Shown: piece after piece, positions 19,587 to 30,668 of the stretch | Position numbering within the stretch: position 1 is the stretch's first letter | Layout: every line of letters begins with the position of its first letter | Assembly (NCBI GenBank): GCA_030679255.1 | Contig: JAUXTO010000017.1 | Coordinates: forward strand, 1,925-65,924 | DNA: 64,000 nt | Direction: 5' to 3' | From: Candidatus Gottesmanbacteria bacterium | GTDB lineage: Bacteria > Patescibacteriota > Microgenomatia > UBA10105 > UBA927 | Made by a program: the position numbers and the translations under genes | Notes under the pieces: generated by a model | The model's input: the letters and a program-made list of their open reading frames with translations, nothing else | What the model was told of the DNA's origin: nothing | The model's database searches: none

Positions 19587-20507
19587 TCAGATTTCCCTCA
19601 CCCAACGGAAAATTGTATGGACGACTGCTTTTTCTTTTCCGCTATAACTATGCAGTGCGTCGCGAATGATGACGCTTTTATAGCGTAGCGACCGGGCGTG
19701 TCGAGCGAAAACATCAAGTACATTCTTTACCGGCCGGTCAAGATATTCATCGTTGGAACCAATAATGACAAGCAATGGCTGTTTGATCGCAGAAAAACAC
19801 GCAAGCTTCGGTGAGGCATCTCCATAATCAAAGACGTCCTCCGTTGAATGCGGCTCAAAGATACTGATAAACCGATTGGACGTCACCGGAAATACATGAA
19901 TGCTGCTCATCAACACATCCCCTTGCCCATCGATAACTTTTTTCTTCATCTCCTCTAATTGCTTTTCAATCACTTCCTTATCCAGAGAGGGCTCCAACCG
20001 GTCGCTCACCGGAGAAAGTAATAATACTCCCGCCACCCTCTTGTCCCTTTTCGTCCCGGCGTAGTAACACACTTTATTCGCGCCGGTGCTATGACCTACC
20101 AGAATAATCTCCGAATATCCTTGTTTAACGAGAAATGAAATACCGGCGTCGATATCATACACACAGTCCTCAAACCGCTCATATCCCGCGCCGCCATTCA
20201 CCCTCGTATATTCATTCGGTTCACGCGGATCAATTTTTTTGATGCCGGTCACAATGTCATGCCCGCGGTTATTAAACGCCGCAAACCCTATTCCTTCTTT
20301 CTCACACGCATCAGCAATCAATTCAAAAAGTTTTACATTGTTATAGAACGTACTCGTCAACCCATGGATCCAAAGGATGGCTTTGCCCGCCGTCTTGCCC
20401 GCCATAGCCTTGGCGAAGGCGGGAGCTTTACGAGAAGGAGAGTAATATATCCCCTGATGAACGAGTTTATCTTTCGTCACAATTTCCGCCAAATAAAACT
20501 GTTTCAT
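19587..20507 (-). CDS. Alpha/beta hydrolase (DUF1749-like)
   Basis: WIHGL, NNRGHD, VGHSTGAN, GSNDE, ALH. Confidence 0.8.
   Translation of the reverse strand: MKQFYLAEIVTKDKLVHQGIYYSPSRKAPAFAKAMAGKTAGKAILWIHGLTSTFYNNVKLFELIADACEKEGIGFAAFNNRGHDIVTGIKKIDPREPNEYTRVNGGAGYERFEDCVYDIDAGISFLVKQGYSEIILVGHSTGANKVCYYAGTKRDKRVAGVLLLSPVSDRLEPSLDKEVIEKQLEEMKKKVIDGQGDVLMSSIHVFPVTSNRFISIFEPHSTEDVFDYGDASPKLACFSAIKQPLLVIIGSNDEYLDRPVKNVLDVFARHARSLRYKSVIIRDALHSYSGKEKAVVHTIFRWVREI
20381..20438. repeat. Nested hairpin elements, in frame
   Basis: Minus strand: CCTTCTCGTAAAGCT-[CCCGCCTTCGCCAAGGCTATGGCGGGCAAG]-ACGGCGGGCAAAG, encoding PSRKAPAFAKAMAGKTAGK. Confidence 0.75.
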
Positions 20508-20567
20508 CCCCGTAGTATAGCAAAAACGTTTATTGCAAAGCTAAGCTGAAACGGTATACTAAGCACT

Positions 20568-20918
20568 ATGATTGTCACATCTTCACTACCATTAACGACC
20601 GAGCAGGTAGACCAAGCAAAAGAACGATTCGGGATATATATCAAAACGGTTATCGATATACGCAAAAAAATTTGCTGCGCTGGTATGGACCGGCATTTTG
20701 AGGGAGAAAAAATACTCCTCGAATCCGGATCGCATCAATCAGACATTTGGGGAGGAGGCATCGATCTGGAAACGAAAGAGGTAGACTTCAATTCCTTCAT
20801 CAATATCCGCCCGCAAGACCATAATCTGAAAAATGAAATCCAAAGCGAACAGGTGAAAAAAATATATAGCGAATTGACTAAATTTTTCTTCAAGCTCATC
20901 CTATGGCCGCATCCATAA
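20568..20918 (+). CDS. DUF5674-like protein
   Basis: IKTVIDI...H...E..LLESGS.QSDIWGG...FNSFINIRP..N pattern. Confidence 0.75.
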   Translation: MIVTSSLPLTTEQVDQAKERFGIYIKTVIDIRKKICCAGMDRHFEGEKILLESGSHQSDIWGGGIDLETKEVDFNSFINIRPQDHNLKNEIQSEQVKKIYSELTKFFFKLILWPHP

Positions 20919-21002
20919 TACTATGATCATTATCTTTATTGAAGGTGCGGCACAAGGGTTTGTAATCACAAATACCTATGAAGCTATTTGCGAACGAACC
21001 CT

Positions 21003-21278
21003 ATGACAGAAACGAAGATGCTCATCGGATCTCTTTCCAACGATCTCTCTCGCGTGGCGAATATGATGTATAGGAAATCATCTTCTGCCGAAATATTTTT
21101 CCACGAAATGTTCCGCTGGATCAACGCGCTCGATACTGCACCGATAAAACCGTATATTCAAACAATACTGAAAGATTTAAAATCGCATGAACACCATCCA
21201 CAGTTCACTGACGAACGCGCAGAAACCTATCTCATGTACAGCGTCATCCTCCAAAACTACACTCTTCGTATAAAATAA
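21003..21278 (+). CDS. Hypothetical helical protein
   Basis: 91-aa ORF (SLSNDLSRVA...AETYLMYSVILQN) downstream of the DUF5674-like gene. Confidence 0.6.
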   Translation: MTETKMLIGSLSNDLSRVANMMYRKSSSAEIFFHEMFRWINALDTAPIKPYIQTILKDLKSHEHHPQFTDERAETYLMYSVILQNYTLRIK

Positions 21279-21280
21279 AT

Positions 21281-21724
21281 TTATCGCTTTGGTTTGAGTT
21301 CGATGCGTCTAGATTGGTAATCAAATTCAATTTTGAATCGATCAAAGAATCCTGTTTGGCCGAGGATGCCATACGGTAGTGATTTCATATCAAAACTGAA
21401 ACCGCAGTAGAGCTTCATGGGCCATCCACTCACTTCTATGTGCACGTCGTGAAAATATGCGGTTTGCGGCGTACCACTGGTGCCATAAAACGTCATTTTC
21501 TTTCCCTGAGTAACAGGAATTCCTAAAATCCCTGCCATTTCCGTATGGAAGATGCAAAAATCAGCACCTGAATCAATCAACACCTGATATTCGATCGATT
21601 TATTGCCGAACACTAAAAGAATATCAATAACGGGTCGATGGACAAATTGCCTGTTGGGAAACGGCTCAAGCGGCGTAGCGGGAAACGATTTATACGCTAC
21701 TCGCAATGAGGATGTAGGTGCCAT
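21281..21724 (-). CDS. Retropepsin-like aspartic protease family protein
   Basis: RPVI, LIDSGAD catalytic motif, ILGQTGFF..F.I.FD. Confidence 0.82.
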   Translation of the reverse strand: MAPTSSLRVAYKSFPATPLEPFPNRQFVHRPVIDILLVFGNKSIEYQVLIDSGADFCIFHTEMAGILGIPVTQGKKMTFYGTSGTPQTAYFHDVHIEVSGWPMKLYCGFSFDMKSLPYGILGQTGFFDRFKIEFDYQSRRIELKPKR

Positions 21725-21896
21725 ACTCTTTGGGAACTTTCATCATCAAAGGTACTTTGATTCCTTTTATTTGCGACTGTTCGTATGCAAGTTTTGCTGA
21801 TTTCGAGGCTCCAACTACCTTACCGCTTCGAGATTCGACAGCAACCCACTGATCAGGATATTTTTTCGATAAAAAATTATAGTTTGTATCTTTCAT
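21690..21896 (-). CDS. DUF5678-like small protein
   Basis: KYPDQWVAV....KVVGA motif; overlaps the protease start; GAGGAG RBS upstream. Confidence 0.72.
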   Translation of the reverse strand: MKDTNYNFLSKKYPDQWVAVESRSGKVVGASKSAKLAYEQSQIKGIKVPLMMKVPKEYGTYILIASSV

Positions 21897-21924
21897 ATCT
21901 CCTCTAGTATACCACAACTACCAA

Positions 21925-21948
21925 AAGCCCCCGCCGTGGCGGGAGCTC
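21925..21948 (-). terminator. Probable intrinsic terminator after groEL
   Basis: CCCGCC-gt-GGCGGG hairpin followed by a T run on the minus strand. Confidence 0.6.
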
Positions 21949-21991
21949 ATTGGATTATTCGTTTATTTACTTATTCTATTATTCAATTATT

Positions 21992-24009
<2,018 letters not shown>

Positions 24010-24063
24010 ATATATCCTCCTTTGAAATAAACCAGTGAATAGTTCTGAAACGGTGCAAACTTC

Positions 24064-24090
24064 TTGGCAGTCTTATGAAGTGACTGCTAT
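24064..24090. promoter_or_regulatory. CIRCE-like operator (HrcA) upstream of groES
   Basis: TTGGCAGTC-N9-GACTGCTAT, a variant of TTAGCACTC-N9-GAGTGCTAA with compensating changes. Confidence 0.8.
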
Positions 24091-24117
24091 CTTACCGCGC
24101 ATAAAAAATCTTGTCAA
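24089..24117 (-). promoter_or_regulatory. Sigma70-type groESL promoter
   Basis: TTGACA-17 nt-TAAGAT on the minus strand, abutting the CIRCE. Confidence 0.75.
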
Positions 24118-25048
24118 GGGGTATATTAAAACGCGCCAACCGTTCTCCTAATTTTTTCTTTATCCATTCCCTGGCGTCCTGGGGATGGAAACGGATGACC
24201 GTATCCGTGACAACCTCCGAAGAGCGGCGTTTGCTCATATACCACAGCTGAAGTACACGAGCGGGTACTTCAGTAAATCTCAATAACCAAATCACAATGA
24301 CCAATGCAAACATTTTTTGCGTCTTACTTTTGACTTTTGACTTTTGTCCCGCGGAGCTGGATCCCGCTTCGCGGGAACTTTTGACTTTTTCCTCCCATGC
24401 ATTCGGCAAAAACTTCTTCACCCATCGATTAGCAAGTAAAAATTTTTGATGCATCTCTCCCTGTTGCCATAGTGGCGTCATCAAGAGCACTTCGTGCGCA
24501 GAAAACAGATCCCTCTCCCGAGCAGGTAACGCGAGACCTTCCTCACTCATAAACATATTAAGACAGATGAGATTGCTGACATTCTTATCGTTTGGACGAC
24601 GCCGGAGATGAAAAATATCAAGAAGAATAGTCGTTAATGCGCGGGTAATCCATACTGTTTTCGGACTACAGAGAATAAAAAAGTCTATATCATCTTGTTC
24701 GTTGGCGTTGGACCGCGCAAGTCCTCCGGTCACCCCGACGAGGGTTATCGATCGAATACACCGGAGTAATCCGGCAATCCATCGGGCACGCTTCCATTTT
24801 TTTGAGGATAACTTCAAACGTTTGCTTCGTAACGCAACGAACCGCTTGCCCGGACGTATTGAGTAGTACGTAATGTTATCGGCGATACTATGATAGCCTT
24901 GCAAGACATGCTCTTGCGAGGCTGCAAGAGAGTGTCTTGCAGGAATAAATGGCAACCACGTTTGGAGTTCATCAACCGTCAATGGATAATCAAAAATATC
25001 GGCATACGATAGACCCGTGATCAACGCATCACGTTTTGTTATGTTCAT
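24092..25048 (-). CDS. Conserved hypothetical protein with a nucleotidyltransferase-like motif
   Basis: YADIFDYPLT, GVTGGLA...DDIDFFI, ICLNMF, DLFSAHE, FHPQD. Start uncertain (25048 or 25093). Confidence 0.75.
   Translation of the reverse strand: MNITKRDALITGLSYADIFDYPLTVDELQTWLPFIPARHSLAASQEHVLQGYHSIADNITYYSIRPGKRFVALRSKRLKLSSKKWKRARWIAGLLRCIRSITLVGVTGGLARSNANEQDDIDFFILCSPKTVWITRALTTILLDIFHLRRRPNDKNVSNLICLNMFMSEEGLALPARERDLFSAHEVLLMTPLWQQGEMHQKFLLANRWVKKFLPNAWEEKVKSSREAGSSSAGQKSKVKSKTQKMFALVIVIWLLRFTEVPARVLQLWYMSKRRSSEVVTDTVIRFHPQDAREWIKKKLGERLARFNIPLDKIFYAR
24326..24390. repeat. ACTTTTG heptamer run interrupted by a 30-nt hairpin (24347-24376), in frame
   Basis: TCCCGCGGAGCTGGATCCCGCTTCGCGGGA; encodes KVKSSREAGSSSAGQKSKVKS. 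Confidence 0.85.
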
Positions 25049-25052
25049 GAAA

Positions 25053-26636
25053 TTATTGAGGAGTAGATGGGGCAGTACTACTCGTGAGTCCATACTGACT
25101 CAACACCTGCCGGAATCCTTGGGCAGCTGTAGCGAGCGCACCGTTTGGCGCCGATCCGGCAGCAACGCTGTTTACGGCATCTTCGAGATACTTTATCAGT
25201 TTATCATTCAAGCCATTATCAAATGTCCGTGACGCGAGAGGGAACGATTTCGCGCTCTTCCCTTGTTTGGCGTATGCTCCGGCAAAAGGATCTGCCTCAA
25301 TCGTACTGCCTAACGCAGTGCGCGCATACACTTCACCAAAAAGCCTCGTTTTGGCTGCCTCTGAGTAAAGTTTCGTTGCCGCTTCCGAACTCGTTATGTA
25401 TTGAAGAAACGTAAACGCCTGTCGTTGAAGTTTGCTTTTCCCGGATACGCCCTCTACCCAATACGAAGCCCAACTCACGGTGTTACCGGGAAGCTGCGGC
25501 ACCGGTACAATTTTAAACCGGAGATCCGGACTGATTTGCTTTATGTCAAACACTCGCCACGAAGGAGCAAGGATCATGGCCGTCTTACCGATGGCAAAGG
25601 CGTAGATACTGTTATCAAGCGTTTCATTCCAGGTATACATGGGGTCAACGGGATCAGCAAATTTTCGGTAAAAGAGTATAGTCTCTTCCGCTTCCTTTCC
25701 GGAAAGTCCCACGAGATTGGCCCCATTTTGAAGCATCATGAGGCCTAATATATCACTCCAATTTTCGACATTGCCGGTAGTACCCAAAGCAATTGCCGAT
25801 GTCGTGATATTTGTGCCGTTTTTGACGGTCAATCTGGGGACAATCGTCAAGACATCCTCCCATGTTACGGGTTCACTCACTCCAGCCTTCGCAAACAGCT
25901 CTTCATTTATATAAAGACCCAAGCCATCAATCATCAGGGGAATGCCGTAGATCGTAGTACCCGCGACTAAATCATTGGATGCTACCGGGTAAAATGAAGA
26001 GGCAAAATCCGCAGGGGTCATGATAGTTTTTGGGATAGGTGCCAAATCTTTTGCGATCATGGCAACCCACGTATTGTGGAAACGGAATACATCAGGACCC
26101 TCGCCACGGTCAATGGCGGCAGACAAGCGTTCGCGGTACTGACGGGGAGATTGCTTCGTATACGCCACTTTTATCTTAGGATTTTTTGCTTCAAATTCAG
26201 CAATTATCGATCGCACGGTGGCGTCATTTTCCCACAGCCCCCAATAGTTGATGGTGACTTCTTTGGATCCGGCTAACAACGTCATGACAAATCTTCCGCC
26301 GGCAATGAGGCCTCCGATAAGCAAAATAAATACGAGTACCATAAACATACGTTTTTTCATCGGACCTCCCCCAGCTGTCGCAATATGTTCCCCTGCTTGT
26401 GACACCACAACCTGTGGAACAAAGGGGTTATCGCTCGCCGCGTTTGGCGGCGGGGACGGAGGAACTGGTTCATCTTGCGGAGGATTATCACCTGACGGTA
26501 TTCCGGTATCCATTGCGATGGATACAGGATCAAACGTTATACCACCCTCCGGTATGACCGTTGGCACAACAAACGTTTCCTGAGGTGAAGCCTCTTCTGG
26601 ATTTTGCGATGTATTCGGTGTAGGTGGTTCGTCCAT
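25053..26636 (-). CDS. Extracellular solute-binding protein (sugar ABC type) with Pro-rich N-terminus and TM anchor
   Basis: YWGLWE, GPDVFRFHNTW, YGIPLMIDGLGLYIN, ASYWVEGVS. Confidence 0.87.
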   Translation of the reverse strand: MDEPPTPNTSQNPEEASPQETFVVPTVIPEGGITFDPVSIAMDTGIPSGDNPPQDEPVPPSPPPNAASDNPFVPQVVVSQAGEHIATAGGGPMKKRMFMVLVFILLIGGLIAGGRFVMTLLAGSKEVTINYWGLWENDATVRSIIAEFEAKNPKIKVAYTKQSPRQYRERLSAAIDRGEGPDVFRFHNTWVAMIAKDLAPIPKTIMTPADFASSFYPVASNDLVAGTTIYGIPLMIDGLGLYINEELFAKAGVSEPVTWEDVLTIVPRLTVKNGTNITTSAIALGTTGNVENWSDILGLMMLQNGANLVGLSGKEAEETILFYRKFADPVDPMYTWNETLDNSIYAFAIGKTAMILAPSWRVFDIKQISPDLRFKIVPVPQLPGNTVSWASYWVEGVSGKSKLQRQAFTFLQYITSSEAATKLYSEAAKTRLFGEVYARTALGSTIEADPFAGAYAKQGKSAKSFPLASRTFDNGLNDKLIKYLEDAVNSVAAGSAPNGALATAAQGFRQVLSQYGLTSSTAPSTPQ

Positions 26637-26659
26637 AAATCAAGTACAATTATCATACC

Positions 26660-28051
26660 ATGGGAGAGAGAAAGCACAAGGGAATTCGTGACAGCATCAT
26701 CGCACTCCTGCTGAGCGCAGTAATCTTAGGACTCGGAACCGTCGTCACAATCCGCGTATTTGATGCCGTGTATGCCGGACGGGTGTATCCGAATGTTACC
26801 ATCAATGGCACAAATTTCGGCGGTAAAACTCCTCATGAAGTAAAGAGCTTCTGGACGGCCAAAAATATCCCGTTTGAAAAAGCAACGTTCACGTTTGTCT
26901 TTGAAAATAATGTCGCGACGGTGTCCGGCACGGACCTGGGGCTTGGATATGATGCGACACTTTCAGCCACCCAAGCCTACCTCGTCGGCCGTTCCGGCAA
27001 TCTCCTCACCGATCTCATTACTAAATTTTCACCCAATCCCACAAACCTCACTCCGCTCTTCCGATTTCAGGAGGACGTGCTGTCCGACACGCTTAACAAT
27101 CTTTCCCTTGCCATCAATATACCGGTGACTGATGCATTATTTGAGTTTCGTAGCGGTAAAGTGACTGCATTCCGTTTATCGAAAGATGGCCGTGAGGTAG
27201 ATCTGGCGGAAACTAAAAAGCGGTTCAGCGATGCCGTTTCCGGTATCCCGACTGCTGATATCACTACGATCGTCATTTCCCTCCCGGTCAATCCCGTAAA
27301 ACCTTCAATGACGACGGACCGCGTCAACGCATTTGGTATCAAAGAACTCATCGGACGGGGATACTCGGAATTTGCCCACTCCATCCCGGGACGTGTCCAC
27401 AATGTGGCGCTGGCTAGTGCAAAACTCCATGGACTTCTTATCAAGCCCGGTGATACGTTTTCTTTTAATGATGCGCTCGGCGATGTATCTGCTGCGACAG
27501 GATTTCAGCCGGCCTACATCATAAAAGACGGACGGACGGTCCTGGGAGACGGAGGCGGCGTATGCCAGGTATCGACGACACTATTTCGTGCGGCACTCGC
27601 CGCTGGGCTTCCGATCATCGACCGGCGCGCGCACGCCTATCGCGTGGCCTACTACGAACAAGCAGGATACAAAGCGGGCCTCGATGCCACAGTTTTTGCG
27701 CCATCAGTCGACCTCAAGATCAAAAACGACACACCAGGATATATCCTCATACAAACAAAGACTGATACGAAAAATATGACCCTGACGTTTGAGCTCTACG
27801 GCACGAGCGACGGAAGAAAAGCGGAAATCTACAATCACGTCGTTAGCGGCATCACTCCTCCCCCGCCGGACCTCTATCAGGATGACCCGACCCTACCGGC
27901 TGGCGTCGTGAAGCAGGTAGACTTTGCCGCATGGGGAGCAAAGACAAATTTCCAATATAAAGTCACCCGGGGCAGCGAAGTGTTGCAGAACACGAGTTTT
28001 GCTTCAAACTTTCGCTCGTGGCAGGCTGTGTTCCTAAGAGGAACAAAATAA
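26660..28051 (+). CDS. VanW family protein with peptidoglycan-binding region
   Basis: RVHNVALA, FSFND.LG, GGGVCQVSTTLFRA, H.YRV.YY, GLDATV, DLKIKNDT. Confidence 0.92.
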   Translation: MGERKHKGIRDSIIALLLSAVILGLGTVVTIRVFDAVYAGRVYPNVTINGTNFGGKTPHEVKSFWTAKNIPFEKATFTFVFENNVATVSGTDLGLGYDATLSATQAYLVGRSGNLLTDLITKFSPNPTNLTPLFRFQEDVLSDTLNNLSLAINIPVTDALFEFRSGKVTAFRLSKDGREVDLAETKKRFSDAVSGIPTADITTIVISLPVNPVKPSMTTDRVNAFGIKELIGRGYSEFAHSIPGRVHNVALASAKLHGLLIKPGDTFSFNDALGDVSAATGFQPAYIIKDGRTVLGDGGGVCQVSTTLFRAALAAGLPIIDRRAHAYRVAYYEQAGYKAGLDATVFAPSVDLKIKNDTPGYILIQTKTDTKNMTLTFELYGTSDGRKAEIYNHVVSGITPPPPDLYQDDPTLPAGVVKQVDFAAWGAKTNFQYKVTRGSEVLQNTSFASNFRSWQAVFLRGTK

Positions 28052-28053
28052 GT

Positions 28054-28130
28054 ACCAATCCGACCAATAAATCATTGCTTCATTACGACATTCATTGGTA
28101 GTATTGGATAATTGGATTATTGGATAATTC
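28054..28130. repeat. Intergenic inverted array of degenerate CCAAT/ATTGG units
   Basis: ACCAATCCGACCAAT ... ATTGGTAGTATTGGATAATTGGATTATTGGATAATT; related to 42183-42292. Confidence 0.65.
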
Positions 28131-28151
28131 CAGCGAGGATGACTATTTTAC

Positions 28152-28610
28152 ATGAAACATCTTCAGGACGAATCAGTCAACAAGGATGATGAGAAGCGGA
28201 CCGTGCTGGTAGGCGGCTGTTTTGATCTCCTCCACTACGGACATATCCGGTTTCTTGAGGAAGCAAAAAAGTTGGGTGACCATCTTGTGGTGGCCCTGGA
28301 ATCGGACGAAAACGTCCGAAAGAAAAAAGGGGAGAGTCGTCCCATCCACACGCAGGAACAACGAAAAACAATGCTCGAGTCTCTCTCTTGTGTTGACGAA
28401 GTGATCGCGCTTCCTGTGATGAATACCCACCAACAATACTTTGACCTTGTAGAGCGCGTCCATCCGCAAATTATCGCAATCACCCAAGGGGACCCGGTCG
28501 AAACTAACAAGCGGGAACAGGCCACCAAGATCGATGCCGAGCTCGTCGTCGTCTCCAAAGTCCCCACTCCTTCCACCTCGCAACTAGCGAAGCTCCTTGG
28601 ACTCGAGTAA
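28152..28610 (+). CDS. Cytidylyl/adenylyltransferase family (RibL/TagD/RfaE-II-like)
   Basis: GGCFDLLHYGH, KGESRP, STS. Confidence 0.88.
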   Translation: MKHLQDESVNKDDEKRTVLVGGCFDLLHYGHIRFLEEAKKLGDHLVVALESDENVRKKKGESRPIHTQEQRKTMLESLSCVDEVIALPVMNTHQQYFDLVERVHPQIIAITQGDPVETNKREQATKIDAELVVVSKVPTPSTSQLAKLLGLE

Positions 28611-28619
28611 AATTCGGTC

Positions 28620-29807
28620 ATGAATATCCTCGCAATCGAAACATCGTTCGATGAAACGGCTTGTGCGATTATTGAGGATGGAACGAAAATCATCAGTAAT
28701 GTTCTGGCAACGAGTCACGAAATGCATGATAAATACGGCGGGGTCGTGCCCGAAATCGCCGCACGCAGGCAACTCGAGTGCATCATCCCCGTGATCTCAG
28801 AATCTCTCCAACCCCTCGCCACTAGCAATTCTACACTTCTCCATAGAAGTGGAGAATTATTTCCTGATTGGATAAGAAAAACGATTAAAGAATCAATTGA
28901 TGCTATTGCCGTCACAGTCGGACCGGGACTCATTGGATCGCTTTTGGTCGGCGTGGAAACCGCCAAGACCATCGCATTCGTCACTGACAAGCCGATCATC
29001 CCCGTCAACCATGTACTTGCCCATATGTATGCGAATTTTCTCGATTCCAATCGTGAAAATTCGTCCCGAGCGCAGTCGAGGAAAACACTTATTGAATTCC
29101 CCTCCATCTCCCTCGTCGTATCCGGCGGACACACAGAACTTTATTTGATGAAGTCAGCCAAAGACCTGACGTGGATAGGAGGGACGCTGGATGATGCAGC
29201 AGGAGAATGTTTTGACAAAACTGCCCGTCTGTTGGGTTTCGGCCACGGCGGTGGAGTGGCAATAGAAGCTGCTGCTTCAAAATATCAAATAGCAAATAGC
29301 AAAAATCAAATAAAATTGCCTAGACCAATGATGGATGATAAAACGCTCAATTTTTCCTTCAGCGGACTGAAAACCGCGGTCATGAGGGAATGGAAAAAGT
29401 GTCATCCCGGACTTGATCCGGGATCCAGTTCAAAAAAAGATTCCGGCTCGGAGGCCGGAATGACAAGCGCCTTCGCCCACGAAATACAGGAAGCCATTAC
29501 CGATGTTCTTGTCAAAAAAACAATTCGCGCGGCAAAACAATATGAGGCAAAATCCATTCTCCTCTCCGGCGGTGTGGCAGCCAACACACGTCTCCGAGAA
29601 AAGTTTCTCTCTACACTTTCCACTTTACACTCTCCACTTTTTTTCGCGCCTCCCCCGTCTCTCTGCACCGATAACGCCGTCATGATCGCCGCGTGCGCCT
29701 ACTTCAATGGTGAATCCACAAATTGGCGCAACATTACTGCTGCGCCTGATTTGTCCGTTGAGCTTTTCAATTCTTCGCTCACAGATCAACTCCCAGATTC
29801 CTCTTGA
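28620..29807 (+). CDS. tsaD: tRNA N6-threonylcarbamoyltransferase
   Basis: ILAIETSFDET, GGVVPEIAAR, GPGL, VNHVLAH, VSGGHT, DDAAGECFDK, FSFSGLKT, GGVAAN, TDNAVMI. Confidence 0.97.
   Translation: MNILAIETSFDETACAIIEDGTKIISNVLATSHEMHDKYGGVVPEIAARRQLECIIPVISESLQPLATSNSTLLHRSGELFPDWIRKTIKESIDAIAVTVGPGLIGSLLVGVETAKTIAFVTDKPIIPVNHVLAHMYANFLDSNRENSSRAQSRKTLIEFPSISLVVSGGHTELYLMKSAKDLTWIGGTLDDAAGECFDKTARLLGFGHGGGVAIEAAASKYQIANSKNQIKLPRPMMDDKTLNFSFSGLKTAVMREWKKCHPGLDPGSSSKKDSGSEAGMTSAFAHEIQEAITDVLVKKTIRAAKQYEAKSILLSGGVAANTRLREKFLSTLSTLHSPLFFAPPPSLCTDNAVMIAACAYFNGESTNWRNITAAPDLSVELFNSSLTDQLPDSS
29400..29465. repeat. 66-bp double-hairpin RPE-like element, in frame in tsaD
   Basis: TGTCATCCCGGACTTGATCCGGGATCC...GATTCCGGCTCGGAGGCCGGAATGACA; encodes CHPGLDPGSSSKKDSGSEAGMT. 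Confidence 0.88.
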
Positions 29808-30181
29808 TAAACAACAGACGCTCTCTTTGATCCGCTACTAGAATATATAAACAAAACCTCATCTTCACCAAAAAGATCAACAAAATCAAAAACTGCTTCA
29901 GCTTGCATGATACAGTCTAATGTTTTTGGTTCTGCGTCATAACGTCCATTTAATAGAGGCACCACCACAGAATCTCTACTACCGTCGTTCTCAACACCAC
30001 GCATAAAAATAGTAATCGATTCGGCCCCTACATTGACTGGAACGTTAACGCTATCGAATCCAACATCTTGTTTTCCCTTTTTTAGTACTGCTGAATCTTT
30101 AAATTTTAACCACTCTGGAACATCAGCCTTGTCATGAGCTTTTGGATTTCTCTGTTCATAGTCTACTCTAAAAACTGCCAT
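29786..30181 (-). CDS. Orphan hypothetical protein 1
   Basis: 131-aa AT-rich ORF with GGAGGAGGTG RBS and a TTGACT-17-TACCTT promoter. Confidence 0.7.
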   Translation of the reverse strand: MAVFRVDYEQRNPKAHDKADVPEWLKFKDSAVLKKGKQDVGFDSVNVPVNVGAESITIFMRGVENDGSRDSVVVPLLNGRYDAEPKTLDCIMQAEAVFDFVDLFGEDEVLFIYSSSGSKRASVVYQEESGS

Positions 30182-30216
30182 CTCAAACACCTCCTCCGGG
30201 CAGATAGATAATCTGG

Positions 30217-30245
30217 AAGGTACTCTCTCTCTGGGCAAAAGTCAA
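30217..30245 (-). promoter_or_regulatory. Promoter with (CT)5 spacer, copy 1
   Basis: Minus strand TTGACT-17 nt-TACCTT. Confidence 0.65.
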
Positions 30246-30258
30246 GAAAATGGGGTAT

Positions 30259-30330
30259 CCAGGTAGTAGAAACTCGACTGCATCCCAAAGTGATGCACGA
30301 TCTATCACTTGTCGAGTTTTCACTACCTGG
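30259..30330. mobile_element. 72-bp MITE-like element, copy 1
   Basis: Imperfect ~20-bp terminal inverted repeats CCAGGTAGTAGAAACTCGAC / GTCGAGTTTTCACTACCTGG, TA on both sides, absent at the homologous site near 31317. Confidence 0.7.
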
Positions 30331-30344
30331 TATACTTGGGATAT

Positions 30345-30668
30345 ATGGCTCACCCACCGAAGTCACTGCAAGGGACACTCTGGTCAAGCGATGTCAATCA
30401 ACTTGATCTCGACAAACACAGGGCCTACATCATCCACCAAATCCTCACGTTTGGCACCATGGATGAGCTCAAGTGGTTATTTGGGACCTACCCGAAACGG
30501 GAAATTGTCGATACATTTGTCCATCAACCAATGAAAATGTACCCAAATCATATCTATTGGTTCACAAAAAACCACCTCCTTTCTCTCCAACATACCCAGC
30601 TTGACGAACAAAACTATGTCACATCTCTTTTTGGACCAACTCGACCCCGAGCGGCAGCGGGTGTTTGA
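30345..30668 (+). CDS. Putative antitoxin, DUF6922-like, copy 1
   Basis: LQGTLWS.D...LD..K...YIIHQIL.FG....LKWLF..Y; overlaps the downstream AbiEii-like gene. Confidence 0.78.
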   Translation: MAHPPKSLQGTLWSSDVNQLDLDKHRAYIIHQILTFGTMDELKWLFGTYPKREIVDTFVHQPMKMYPNHIYWFTKNHLLSLQHTQLDEQNYVTSLFGPTRPRAAAGV

